Shown one piece after another: positions 1-8,978 of a stretch of 35,120 nt of DNA (position 1 is its first letter; each line of letters starts with the position of its first letter). The DNA comes from Spirochaetaceae bacterium (GTDB lineage Bacteria > Spirochaetota > Spirochaetia > Treponematales > Breznakiellaceae), in NCBI GenBank assembly GCA_031284645.1, contig JAITXS010000045.1, positions 1 through 35,120 of the forward strand. The letters are read 5' to 3'. The notes under the pieces were generated by a model. It did no database searches. It had not been told where the DNA came from and was given only the letters and a program-made list of their open reading frames with translations. The position numbers and the translations under genes are program-made.

Positions 1-1
1 C

Positions 2-1168
2 TGGGAAGGAGATTATCCCGGGATGGGCGTAAGCTTGAACCGGACGCTGATACGGATTGGCACGGGAAGATCGTATCAGTTAGAGGATACTATGACAGGA
101 CCGGGTATGGTAGGGGGTATACGCTGGATAAGCGAAAATCCGGCTATAGCAAGCGTGGACCAAGATGGGAAGGTAACTGCTAACAACGCGGGGGAAACAA
201 AAATAACCATAAAGAATGGAGATAAGAGTGCGTCCTGTAAGGTTGTGGTATATGACTCTGCCGTGCAGGATCTTGCGATAAAACTTAAGGTAACAACAGA
301 AGGGACGGAAAGAGTAAACGCAACATTCAGGGCTTTACATGATTATTTAGAGTTTCTGCGTACAGAGGTCGGAGAAGATGCCATTAACGAGCTGAAAGCC
401 GAGAACTTTATCCGTCTTGGGGATTATGTGGATTTGCCGTTCCTGTACGTGGACGGGTATCAGGGGGCCGAGGATACCGAGCCTCTTGGGGTGATAAATG
501 AGACAGATAATATTGATTTCGGGGAAAAAGGGCGTTTGCTAAGGATAATCGTGGTCGGGCGGAACTCGTTTAACCCGGGGGCCGGTAACAGTTACTATAA
601 GGGGGGCGTGGAGGATGCCATGCCGCATCTGGTGATGCAGTTTCAGAACATACCCGTATGGCGGGTGTTGCATCATGGTAGTGGGCCTATATCGTATGCG
701 GACAGCGATATGAGGAAATATCTGGTGAAAGTATCTGATCCTGAAGTTTTGGAAGAGGGGAATTTTACGGAGGGTTTAATACTGGCCGGAGTGCCGATGG
801 ATACGGATATCATCTGGGCGCCAAATCGGGAGCTAAACAATACGCTACAAACTGCTGTTGATGAGATTAAGGACAAGCTCTGGCTAGCCACCGAGTGGGA
901 AATGTTTGGAGTCGGCATAATGTTAAATCACACTTTGGAGAACCAGAAGAATCAGGCATTTTTGGAATACTATCTGGAAGAGGGAAACAAAGTGAAGTAT
1001 GCAAAGCGGGAGACTTCTCCCTATTACAAGACTACGGATTATTGGGAAGTATCCCCTAATGCTGCCCTCGGGTCCTCATACTTCCCCTCGCTGTTAAACG
1101 GCACCTTTATCAGGGCGATCTCTATTAATCTGGACAACGGCGTTGCCCCCGCATTCTGTGTGCGCTAG
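2..1168 (+). CDS. Bacterial Ig-like (Big_2) domain protein with uncharacterised C-terminal domain, probably 5'-partial
   Basis: ORF 23..1168. The frame stays open back to nt 2 and there is no signal peptide, so the true start is probably upstream of the window. The N-terminal ~75 aa (SYQLEDT...WISENPAIASVDQDGKVTANNAGETKITIKNGDKSASCKVVVY) fit the Big_2 pattern. The remainder has no motif I can name confidently; the C-terminal GVAPAFCV weakly resembles DUF6273-type ends. Confidence 0.6.
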   Translation, partial: WEGDYPGMGVSLNRTLIRIGTGRSYQLEDTMTGPGMVGGIRWISENPAIASVDQDGKVTANNAGETKITIKNGDKSASCKVVVYDSAVQDLAIKLKVTTEGTERVNATFRALHDYLEFLRTEVGEDAINELKAENFIRLGDYVDLPFLYVDGYQGAEDTEPLGVINETDNIDFGEKGRLLRIIVVGRNSFNPGAGNSYYKGGVEDAMPHLVMQFQNIPVWRVLHHGSGPISYADSDMRKYLVKVSDPEVLEEGNFTEGLILAGVPMDTDIIWAPNRELNNTLQTAVDEIKDKLWLATEWEMFGVGIMLNHTLENQKNQAFLEYYLEEGNKVKYAKRETSPYYKTTDYWEVSPNAALGSSYFPSLLNGTFIRAISINLDNGVAPAFCVR

Positions 1169-1326
1169 GGTTTAAATAAGGGTAGTAGGGTTTAGGGTAG
1201 GGGCTTTCTGGTATTACCAAACCCTTTACCCTATTTAGACCCCGAAGCAAAGGTTTAGGGGCGTTAGGGATGGAGCAGACTTTCTGGTAAGAACTAAACC
1301 CCATACCCTATCCCCAATTACCCTAC
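1166..1326. repeat. Family-1 GGGT/ACCC modular intergenic repeat, about one unit, inverted relative to the 12.3-13.7 kb copies
   Basis: Begins on the TAG stop of the upstream gene. Carries linker motifs CTTTCTGGT (1204-1212 and 1280-1288) and CCCGAAGCAAAGG (1241-1253). Bases 1192-1242 are a perfect reverse complement of 12362-12412. Confidence 0.85.
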
Positions 1327-1333
1327 TTTGGAC

Positions 1334-1624
1334 TTAGGCCGCGCCGCAGGCACCGCTTTCCGCTTTTTTACACGCAGCGCAGGGGGCAGGGGCAGGTTTT
1401 TTTTCGCTAGCTGCCGGTGCCTGAGTATTTTTACCTGAACGGGGAAGCCCCTTATCGGTACAGTAAAAACCTCCGCCCTTGTAAATGACACCTGCACCGC
1501 CGTTAATAAGGCGATGGATTTCGCCACCACATTCGGGGCACAGTTTAAGCGCTTCGTCTTTCATGCTTTGAAAGACCTCGAATCTATGGGAGCACTTGTT
1601 GCATTCATATTCGTATGTCGGCAT
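1334..1624 (-). CDS. FmdB-family zinc-ribbon protein (CxxC_CxxC_SSSS)
   Basis: MPTYEYECNKCSHRFEVFQSMKDEALKLCPECGG carries two CxxC pairs in the typical FmdB arrangement, followed by a low-complexity Ala/Pro tail. Confidence 0.75.
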   Translation of the reverse strand: MPTYEYECNKCSHRFEVFQSMKDEALKLCPECGGEIHRLINGGAGVIYKGGGFYCTDKGLPRSGKNTQAPAASEKKPAPAPCAACKKAESGACGAA

Positions 1625-1664
1625 TTTTTAATTCCTATCACTTGTCTTTAGTTATGTTATACGC

Positions 1665-2750
1665 TTACGGTAACGCAAAAGAAAAGAAAAATCCAGTGAT
1701 CAACTCTTCACTCATGGGTGCTGTGCTCAGCAGGACAACATTCTCCTCTGTCTTTGGCGCGTTTGCGAAAAATATTTCCATGACAAGCCGCAGAAAGCCA
1801 TCGTCTGTTTGCCGGTCGTTTGTCGTCGTTTTATTTTCCGCATTCCCACCGGCTATTCCGTTTTCTGTTTCTCCGTCTTCCTCTTGATCTGTTTCCCTGT
1901 CATCCTCTTCACCGCTAATCGGCTGGTATAAAAGACTTGCACGGGCAATAGAAATCATACCCGCGATTGCTTTGGCCACAGAAGGATTGTTTGCTTCTAT
2001 ACGAAAAGACATGACATAGAGATCCCCGTTTTTATGTACCGCAAAAAGAATCTCTTTGGCAAGAATATTCACCGGCAGGCCGATATTCCGTAAAAAATTA
2101 TTCATACCTTTTGTCCGCGAGATCCAACCCGAAGCCGCCGATCCTTTTTGAAATTCCGCATAAGCTAACGGAATTTGAGTATTTGTTTCGTTTAAGAACG
2201 GAATGTCCGCGATAAAGATTGTGGTGGAATCTATAGAAAGACGTATATCGTTTTTTGTTGATTTCCAAAAAGCGGGATTTGAGTTTTCTTTTTTCCAATC
2301 AGGAGAAAGGTTTAATCCGAGTGCGCCTTTGACCGCCGGATAGCCCTTGCCTCGGAGCATCGCAATAAAATGTTTTTGAGCTTCGTTACTGCGCTCCCCA
2401 AGACGCGGCGTTGTTTCCGCTGTCTTCGCTTCTGTGTCAGACTCGTTTGTATTCTTGTAAAAGGCAGCGTTAATCCTGCTTGTTTTATCAATAATTTGTT
2501 TTTGGGTGTCGTCCAGGGGACCGCTTAAAAGACTAAAGAACGTAATAAAACGATTAAAAAAACTATCGGATTGACTGCGGGAAAGCGAAATATACAGGTC
2601 TGCGCCGGAGGGGAAAAGCTCAAAATCTTTTTCAGGCTCCTCAAGAGACAGAAGCTCCTCTTCCGGAAGGCTCGCGCATCCGCTTATCAGGATCGCGGAC
2701 AGAGCAAAAAGTAAAACAAATAATAGTGGCGGTGATTTTTTTAATTTCAT
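1665..2750 (-). CDS. Hypothetical lipoprotein
   Basis: MKLKKSPPLLFVLLFALSAILISGCAS is a signal peptide plus lipobox. The ATG at 2750 overlaps the recO stop (ATGA). The TTG at 2762 used by the ORF track is less likely. No recognisable catalytic motif. Confidence 0.65.
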   Translation of the reverse strand: MKLKKSPPLLFVLLFALSAILISGCASLPEEELLSLEEPEKDFELFPSGADLYISLSRSQSDSFFNRFITFFSLLSGPLDDTQKQIIDKTSRINAAFYKNTNESDTEAKTAETTPRLGERSNEAQKHFIAMLRGKGYPAVKGALGLNLSPDWKKENSNPAFWKSTKNDIRLSIDSTTIFIADIPFLNETNTQIPLAYAEFQKGSAASGWISRTKGMNNFLRNIGLPVNILAKEILFAVHKNGDLYVMSFRIEANNPSVAKAIAGMISIARASLLYQPISGEEDDRETDQEEDGETENGIAGGNAENKTTTNDRQTDDGFLRLVMEIFFANAPKTEENVVLLSTAPMSEELITGFFFSFALP

Positions 2751-3400
2751 ATATTTTCCCAACTCGAAAGATGCCTGCCCAGCGTGGACGCAAGAATATC
2801 AAGGCAGAGCGATTTCGCATAGTTCAGCGATATTTCATCCAGAGAATAGCGGACAAGGAGCGCCGGTTCCAGATTTTCAATAACCTTAAGCCAGTGAAGC
2901 GCCCCGGGGTTTTTTATACTGATACAAGACGCCTCGTCCTCGAACTCGGGGCGTGCGCCTAAAATATCCGTCCAGTTCCATAAAAAATGGATAAGAATAC
3001 GCTCTGCGTGTTCAATTCCGGCATTTTCAAGGGCATCATACGAGAGACCGGCTAAACGGGCGGCATCCTGACAATTTGACCCGCCGCCGTCTCCGGCAAG
3101 TATTGTTTCCGCAATAGCACCGGCAATGACAGTACGCTCATAATTTTCACGTATACCCGGCCTCCACTTTATAACATCAAAATCGCTTACCTTGTAAGAA
3201 TCACGCACCGGATCGTGGTAAAGGTAGAGTATGCCCGAATGAAACGGCGAGACATAGGAGCGAAGCCGACTTTTCGGCCCTCCGTACACAACAGCGCGGA
3301 TAATCCCCATTTCGGCGTTTAAAAAAAACGCCTCGCGGTTTGATTCCCCCTGATTGCGGACACGCAAAACCAAAGCCTTATTTGTTATAAATCTATTCAT
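2747..3400 (-). CDS. recO: DNA repair protein RecO
   Basis: 217 aa. N-terminal OB-fold-like pattern (ALVLRVRNQGESNREAFFLNAEMGIIRAVVYGGPKSRLRS...SGILYLY) and a C-terminal helical part (FLWNWTDILGARPEF) match the RecO layout. Confidence 0.7.
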   Translation of the reverse strand: MNRFITNKALVLRVRNQGESNREAFFLNAEMGIIRAVVYGGPKSRLRSYVSPFHSGILYLYHDPVRDSYKVSDFDVIKWRPGIRENYERTVIAGAIAETILAGDGGGSNCQDAARLAGLSYDALENAGIEHAERILIHFLWNWTDILGARPEFEDEASCISIKNPGALHWLKVIENLEPALLVRYSLDEISLNYAKSLCLDILASTLGRHLSSWENI

Positions 3401-3409
3401 AACAACACA

Positions 3410-4633
3410 TCAGGGAAAAAGCCGGACGCAGCGCTGTTGAAGCAGTAAATCCGCTAAAACAAGAGCCGTCATCGCCTCCACCACACTGACCGCACGGGGA
3501 CAGACACAAATATCATGCCTGCCTTTCACACAAAGCTCCCTCAGCACACCCGAACGATCAACCGTCCTTTGTTGTTTTGAAATTGAAGGAACCGGCTTAA
3601 AGGCCACCCGAAACTCAAGCGGCGCCCCGTTTGAAATACCACCCAAGACACCACCCGCTCTATTGGAAGCAAAGAGAAGCTGCGGAACATGGGGGGGGAG
3701 CACATTATCCGCCTTGGGGAAGAGGCCCCCTTCGCGGCTCCCCCTGTCTCCGAACCCCCGCGGGCCAAAGCCCGCGGGGTGTTCTCCGCCACCCCCACTT
3801 ATTTTTTTGCTGTTTGTCAGATCACAGGGCAGCGGCGTATCGTTGCTTTCAGAGCCCAAAAGCCGCGCCGAGGCAAAACCCGAACCAAACTCAATTCCTT
3901 TTGCCGCGCCAAGAGAGAGCATGGCCCCGGCAATAAGCGCATCAATTTTTTCAAAAACAGGCTCCCCCAGACCGGCGGGAAGCCCAGTTACCGTGCAGGC
4001 CACAATACCGCCTGCGCTTTCCCCTGCCAGCCGCAATTCGGCGATTTTTTCCGTTATACACGCAGCAACAGCGGCAGAAGGCACATGCAGATTGTTTTTT
4101 TCAGCTTCATCCAGGTCAAAATCAGCCTGCCCCTGTCCGGGTGCCGTGATACCGGCGATTTCAGCAGTCCATGCGCGGATAAAAATATTGTTTTCGGCAA
4201 GCAGGCGTTTTGCGACTGCTCCTGCCGCCACTCGTCCGGCAGTTTCCCGGGCAGATGATCTCCCGCCGCCGTTATGATCGCGTCGGCCGTATTTTGCTTC
4301 GTATGTCCAGTCTGCGTGTCCGGGTCTGTAGATATCTTTTAATTCATCGTAATCTCTGCTGTTATGGGACTTATTCCTGATTAAAATCGCGATAGGCGTA
4401 CCAAGGGTCTTTCCTTCAAATACACCGGAAAGTATCTCTGCATTATCGTCTTCTTTCCTTGTAGTCGAAGCTCCCCCTGAGCCCGGCCTGCGCCGTGCAA
4501 GCTCGCTCAAAATATCCGTAAGCTCAAGCTCAAGTCCGGCCGGACAGCCGTCCACAACGCAGCCTGTCGCAGGCCCGTGAGACTCTCCGAATGTTGTTAC
4601 TTTAAAAATCTTGCCAAAGGTATTACCGGACAC
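3410..4633 (-). CDS. aroC: Chorismate synthase, carrying an extra ~45-aa Gly/Pro/Arg-rich insertion
   Basis: MSGNTFGKIFKVTTFGESHG, GGGRSSARETAGRVAAGA, NRAGGVLGGISNG and KGRHDICVCPRA are chorismate synthase signatures. The protein is 407 aa against about 360 typical. The excess lies between SNDT and SNRAGG. Confidence 0.95.
   Translation of the reverse strand: MSGNTFGKIFKVTTFGESHGPATGCVVDGCPAGLELELTDILSELARRRPGSGGASTTRKEDDNAEILSGVFEGKTLGTPIAILIRNKSHNSRDYDELKDIYRPGHADWTYEAKYGRRDHNGGGRSSARETAGRVAAGAVAKRLLAENNIFIRAWTAEIAGITAPGQGQADFDLDEAEKNNLHVPSAAVAACITEKIAELRLAGESAGGIVACTVTGLPAGLGEPVFEKIDALIAGAMLSLGAAKGIEFGSGFASARLLGSESNDTPLPCDLTNSKKISGGGGEHPAGFGPRGFGDRGSREGGLFPKADNVLPPHVPQLLFASNRAGGVLGGISNGAPLEFRVAFKPVPSISKQQRTVDRSGVLRELCVKGRHDICVCPRAVSVVEAMTALVLADLLLQQRCVRLFP
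3716..3798. repeat. Family-2 GC-rich element, copy embedded in-frame in aroC
   Basis: CTTCGCGGCTCCCCCTGTCTCCGAAC ... GTGTTCTCCGCCACCCCCAC matches the other two copies (13667-13750 reverse complement, 17957-18022). The central palindrome CCCCGCGGGC-CAAA-GCCCGCGGGG (3756-3779) is perfect. Confidence 0.8.
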
Positions 4634-4761
4634 AGAAACTCCCTATTTCAGTATAGGGCTTTTAGCGCGAATAAGGCAAGACTTGCCGGAATTTTTATTT
4701 TGAAACATATCAAGAGACAATGCGTCCTTCGGATGTAGAACGGCGGTCTTTTTTATAACTT

Positions 4762-5634
4762 TTATTCAAATAATTCTAATTGTCCGTTTTTATTTTTCTC
4801 TTCAAACGTACTCATATATTTAAATAATTTATCGTTACCATACACTATATTATTTTCACGGCAGGTTTTAGTAAATATTTTCATAAGCCCTTCATTATTA
4901 TCACTGGTGAGTATATAACTGTTTCCATATCTATGCTGATATTTTTGTTTTAATCCCGGAAAATGTCTATCGAGTTTTTCATAAAAATATTCCCTGCTTC
5001 CTTCCCGCAATGTTAACCCCATTTCAAAACATATAATACCATATACCTTTGCTTCTATACAATAATTTAATATCCCCCGAAGATTTTCTTCCGTATCATT
5101 GATAAAAGGCAATATGGGACCTAACCATACTATTGTCTGAATTCCATTATCCCGAAGTATTTTTAATGTTTCAAACCTTTCTTTTGTTGTTGATACATTT
5201 TGTTCAATTATTTTACATAAAGATTCGTCAAAAGTTGTAAGAGTTATTTCTACGATACATTTTGCGTTATTGTTAATTTTTATTAATAAATCTAAATCTT
5301 TTAATATTAACGTTGACTTTGTTTGAATAGCTAAACCAAAACCGTGTTTTTCGATAATTTGCAAGCAGTCTCTTGTAATATTTAAATTTTCACTTACAGG
5401 CATATACGGATCGCTCATTGCCCCGGTACCAATCATGCATTTCTTTCGTTTCGTTTGTATTTTTTGTTCCAATAGCCGGCGCGCATTTATTTTTATCTCA
5501 ATATCTTCAAAATCATGATCCATGCTATAACATTTACTTCTTGCATCGCAATAAATACAGCCATGAATACATCCGCGGCTGATATTCATGCCATTCTTTG
5601 GTGATAAGATACCTTTAACTTCTTTAAAGTGCAT
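4762..5634 (-). CDS. Radical SAM protein, SplB/COG1533-like (SPL family)
   Basis: CIHGCIYC is a CxxxCxxC cluster motif near the N-terminus. The 290-aa length and layout are typical of the SPL-type radical SAM family. The gene is markedly more AT-rich than its neighbours. Confidence 0.7.
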   Translation of the reverse strand: MHFKEVKGILSPKNGMNISRGCIHGCIYCDARSKCYSMDHDFEDIEIKINARRLLEQKIQTKRKKCMIGTGAMSDPYMPVSENLNITRDCLQIIEKHGFGLAIQTKSTLILKDLDLLIKINNNAKCIVEITLTTFDESLCKIIEQNVSTTKERFETLKILRDNGIQTIVWLGPILPFINDTEENLRGILNYCIEAKVYGIICFEMGLTLREGSREYFYEKLDRHFPGLKQKYQHRYGNSYILTSDNNEGLMKIFTKTCRENNIVYGNDKLFKYMSTFEEKNKNGQLELFE

Positions 5635-5996
5635 AATTATTTATATAGTATGTTTGATTTAATTGCCAGATGTTTTCAGTCAATTTTACCACAACTTTGT
5701 CCCCTTTATAATTTCCTTTTTAAAAATGCCGCCGCTTGTCGGCGGTTTGTGGACTTACTCTTTTTGGATTGGGATGTCAAGAATGGTAAAATTGGGGGGG
5801 CGGGGCGATGTACAGATGTGAAAACGTATATATTTCTCGTCCAAAAGTCTTGCGGATGGCGGGCTTCCATGCGTATTTTGGCGGGTTTTTTCTAAAATAA
5901 GGTAATACGGCCCATTGACACGGCAAACGAATAGCGGGTACACTACAGACAGCATATAAATGCGTCAAATCAATTTTAATTCCAGGGGGGTAAATT

Positions 5997-7268
5997 ATGG
6001 CTGAAGTATTATCTGTTATTCTTGGAGGAGGAAAGGGAACTCGATTATTCCCTTTAACAAAGACCCGCTCAAAACCGGCTGTTCCGTTTGGAGGCAAGTA
6101 TAGGATCATTGATATTCCTATTTCAAACTGTATAAACGCCGATTTAAAACAGATTTATATACTTACCCAGTTTAATTCAGCGTCTTTGCATATACATCTT
6201 GCCCATGCCTATATTTTTGACCATTTTTCCCGCGGCTTTGTTGAGATTCTCGCGGCAGAGCAAACGCATGAACATACCAGCTGGTTTGAGGGAACTGCGG
6301 ATGCAGTGCGGAAAAACCTTATGCATTTTAAAAGCCAAAACCCCGATTATTATATTATTCTTTCAGGAGATCAGCTTTACCGGATGGATTTACGTGATAT
6401 GCTTTTGAAACACCAGGAATCAAAAGCGGAAATTTCCATTGCCTGCACACCCGTTACGCGGAATGAGGCAAGTGATTTCGGTATTTTAAAGGCAAATAAA
6501 TCCAATAGTATTACGGAATTTCTTGAAAAACCCGGCCCAACAAGGGATATTTCTGATTTTAAAGCGCCGGAAACAATGAAAATGGCTAAAAAGAAAGGTG
6601 AACTCTATCTTGCCTCAATGGGCATCTATATTTTTAACGCGAAAGCACTGGAAAAATGCCTGGATAATGAATTCACGGACTTTGGTAAAGAGATCATTCC
6701 CGATGTGATTACTAAGTTAAAGGTGAACGCTTATCCTTTTGAAGGCTACTGGGAAGATATCGGAACTATTACTTCCTTCTACGAAGCCAATTTGAATCTT
6801 GCCAATATTAAACCTGAATTTGATGTGTATGATGAAGAACACCCGATTTATACACAGATGTATAATCTACCTCCCTCAAAAATGAATTTTAGCTCCATGA
6901 ACGAGTCGCTTGCAGCCGAAGGTTGTATTGTAACCAATGCTTCCATTACGAGCTCTATTGTCGGCGTCAGGACGATCATTGAAAGCGGGGCAAGTTTAAA
7001 CGGTGTTGTCTGTATGGGTGCCGACTATTATGAAAATGAGGTACAAAAACAGGCAAACAGAGGCGAGCGTATTCCCGATGTCGGCATAGGTAAAGGTGCT
7101 ATCATCAAAGGCGCGATTATCGACAAGAACGCCCGTATCGGTGAAGGATGCCGTATTGGTATTGACAATATTGTGAGGACTAACGGGGAATACGATAATT
7201 ATGCTATTGTTGATGGTATCATCGTTGTTCCGAAAAACGCCGTACTCTTCCCCGGTACTGTAATCTAA
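5997..7268 (+). CDS. glgC: Glucose-1-phosphate adenylyltransferase
   Basis: ILGGGKGTRLFPLTKTRSKPAVPFGGKYRIIDIPISNCINA and WFEGTADAV match, with a C-terminal left-handed beta-helix region. A GGGGGG SD-like run precedes the ATG. Confidence 0.95.
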   Translation: MAEVLSVILGGGKGTRLFPLTKTRSKPAVPFGGKYRIIDIPISNCINADLKQIYILTQFNSASLHIHLAHAYIFDHFSRGFVEILAAEQTHEHTSWFEGTADAVRKNLMHFKSQNPDYYIILSGDQLYRMDLRDMLLKHQESKAEISIACTPVTRNEASDFGILKANKSNSITEFLEKPGPTRDISDFKAPETMKMAKKKGELYLASMGIYIFNAKALEKCLDNEFTDFGKEIIPDVITKLKVNAYPFEGYWEDIGTITSFYEANLNLANIKPEFDVYDEEHPIYTQMYNLPPSKMNFSSMNESLAAEGCIVTNASITSSIVGVRTIIESGASLNGVVCMGADYYENEVQKQANRGERIPDVGIGKGAIIKGAIIDKNARIGEGCRIGIDNIVRTNGEYDNYAIVDGIIVVPKNAVLFPGTVI

Positions 7269-7299
7269 GACTCTATCATTTTTAATCAGAAATAGTTTT

Positions 7300-7331
7300 A
7301 AGGGGAACAGAATGAAAGTTCTGTTCCCCTT
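7300..7331 (+). terminator. Perfect 13-bp stem hairpin between glgC and glgA, without a U-tract
   Basis: AAGGGGAACAGAA (7300-7312), loop TGAAAG, TTCTGTTCCCCTT (7319-7331). It is not followed by a T run, so it could be an attenuating or stabilising stem rather than a full terminator. Confidence 0.3.
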
Positions 7332-7478
7332 AATCATGGTCACAACAATGCTCCTGTTAAAAAACATCCTTCAAGGTATGGCCTGTCAAATATAAAACGC
7401 TTGAAATAAATACGTCCCTTGAATCAGACTCCATGAGTATGCTATTCTACAATAACTAAAATATTTCGGAGGTTACTA

Positions 7479-8960
7479 ATGAAAATCCTGATGACTTCGA
7501 GTGAAGCAGTCCCCTTCGCAAAGACAGGCGGCTTAGCCGATGCGGTCTCGGCGCTTTCTATCGCACTTGCGAAACTCGGACACGAAGTAAAAATCGTGAT
7601 CCCGCGTTACTATCATATTGACAGAGAACCGTTTACAAAACTTGAAGGCGCGATGGGCGTTCCTATGGGCAGCGGTATTGAAGAATGGTGTGCTGTCTAT
7701 AAAACGGAAATGCCGGGATCTCCTGCAAAAAATCCTGTTGAGATTTTTTTTATTGACCACGAAATTTTTTTTGGCCGCGATGGTATATACGGAACACCGG
7801 TCGAGCCGGATTTTATTGACAATCCGCGCCGTTTTGCTTTTTTTTCACGATCGGTTTTTCAGCTTTGTTATAAAATCCACTGGTATCCCGAAGTTTTTCA
7901 TAGCCACGATTGGCCGACATCTCTTGTTCCGGTCTATCTCAAATATGCGCTCCGTTACGGCCCCTTTGAAAAAAGTGTTTCGATATTAACGATTCACAAC
8001 CTTGGATATCAAGGCATCTACCATAAAGATAATTTTAACTATACCGGTCTTGGCTGGAATGTATTCTACGAAGGCGGTTTTGAAGACTGGAATATGATGA
8101 ATATGCTCAAAGCCGGAATTTATTCCGCCGACAAGCTTAACACAGTTTCACAGAGCTATTGTGAGGAAACAAAGACCCAAGCTCAAGGCTTTAGACTGGA
8201 CGGCGCGCTTCTTTCCCGGAATATTGATTACCGCGGCATATTAAACGGCGTGGATACCACGATCTGGAACCCTCAAAAAGACAAGTATATCCCGAAAAAT
8301 TATTCCGCCGCTGATTTAAGCGGAAAAGCTGAAGCCAAAAGGGAGCTTCAGAAAGCGTTTGATCTGCCGAATAATCCTGATATACCGCTTATCGGTATGA
8401 TCACCCGTCTTGCCGGTCAAAAAGGTGTCGGAGAACTCTTCGGTCCGGCTTACGGATCCGCCTACTCAATCTGTCATGATATGAAACTTAATTTTGTTAT
8501 TCTTGGAACCGGAGAGAGCTGGTGTGAAAATGAACTGCGTAAGCTTTCTTCGGATCTTTCTAATTTTAAAGCGATAATCGGTTATAGTGAAAAACTCAGC
8601 CACCTTATTGAAGCAGGAAGTGATTTCTTCCTTATGCCTTCACGGTATGAACCCTGCGGACTTAATCAAATGTATTCGCTGCTCTACGGAACCCCGCCGA
8701 TAGTCCGGCGTACCGGCGGCCTTGCCGATACGGTGAAAAATTATAACGAAACGACCGGAGAAGGTACCGGCTTTATGTTTGACGATTTAACGCCGCAGGC
8801 TATTTATAACACCATAGGCTGGACAGTTTGGGCCTATTATAACCGCCCCAAGCAAATAAACGAGATGCGAAAACGGGGAATGAAAAGTGATTTCTCGTGG
8901 GATGCGTCGGCGAAAAAATATCTGGAGATGTATAAAGACGCGGGACTGCAGCTACGGTAA
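7479..8960 (+). CDS. glgA: Glycogen synthase (ADP-glucose type, GT5)
   Basis: MKILMTSSEAVPFAKTGGLADAV, HSHDW, TIHNLGYQG, PSRYEPCGLNQMY and TGGLADTV are classical GlgA motifs. A GGAGG SD lies upstream. Confidence 0.95.
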   Translation: MKILMTSSEAVPFAKTGGLADAVSALSIALAKLGHEVKIVIPRYYHIDREPFTKLEGAMGVPMGSGIEEWCAVYKTEMPGSPAKNPVEIFFIDHEIFFGRDGIYGTPVEPDFIDNPRRFAFFSRSVFQLCYKIHWYPEVFHSHDWPTSLVPVYLKYALRYGPFEKSVSILTIHNLGYQGIYHKDNFNYTGLGWNVFYEGGFEDWNMMNMLKAGIYSADKLNTVSQSYCEETKTQAQGFRLDGALLSRNIDYRGILNGVDTTIWNPQKDKYIPKNYSAADLSGKAEAKRELQKAFDLPNNPDIPLIGMITRLAGQKGVGELFGPAYGSAYSICHDMKLNFVILGTGESWCENELRKLSSDLSNFKAIIGYSEKLSHLIEAGSDFFLMPSRYEPCGLNQMYSLLYGTPPIVRRTGGLADTVKNYNETTGEGTGFMFDDLTPQAIYNTIGWTVWAYYNRPKQINEMRKRGMKSDFSWDASAKKYLEMYKDAGLQLR

Positions 8961-8978
8961 AAGGCATGGAAAAAAGGA

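Noticed and set aside
1166-1326. TTTAGGG-like (plant-type telomere) sequence suggesting eukaryotic contamination or a linear-replicon telomere
   Set aside because: The stretches are short, degenerate and internal. They are flanked on both sides by ordinary bacterial genes and occur at five sites. Spirochaete linear replicon ends are covalently closed hairpins at molecule termini, not internal arrays.
1318-1530. 70-aa minus-strand ORF overlapping the FmdB-like gene
   Set aside because: It is an alternate frame of the zinc-ribbon gene, which has clear family motifs.
3631-4277. Three long plus-strand ORFs (101, 204 and 189 aa) overlapping aroC
   Set aside because: They are antisense or alternate frames of a strongly supported GC-rich gene. 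The products are low-complexity Pro/Ser/Ala/Arg strings with no start context.
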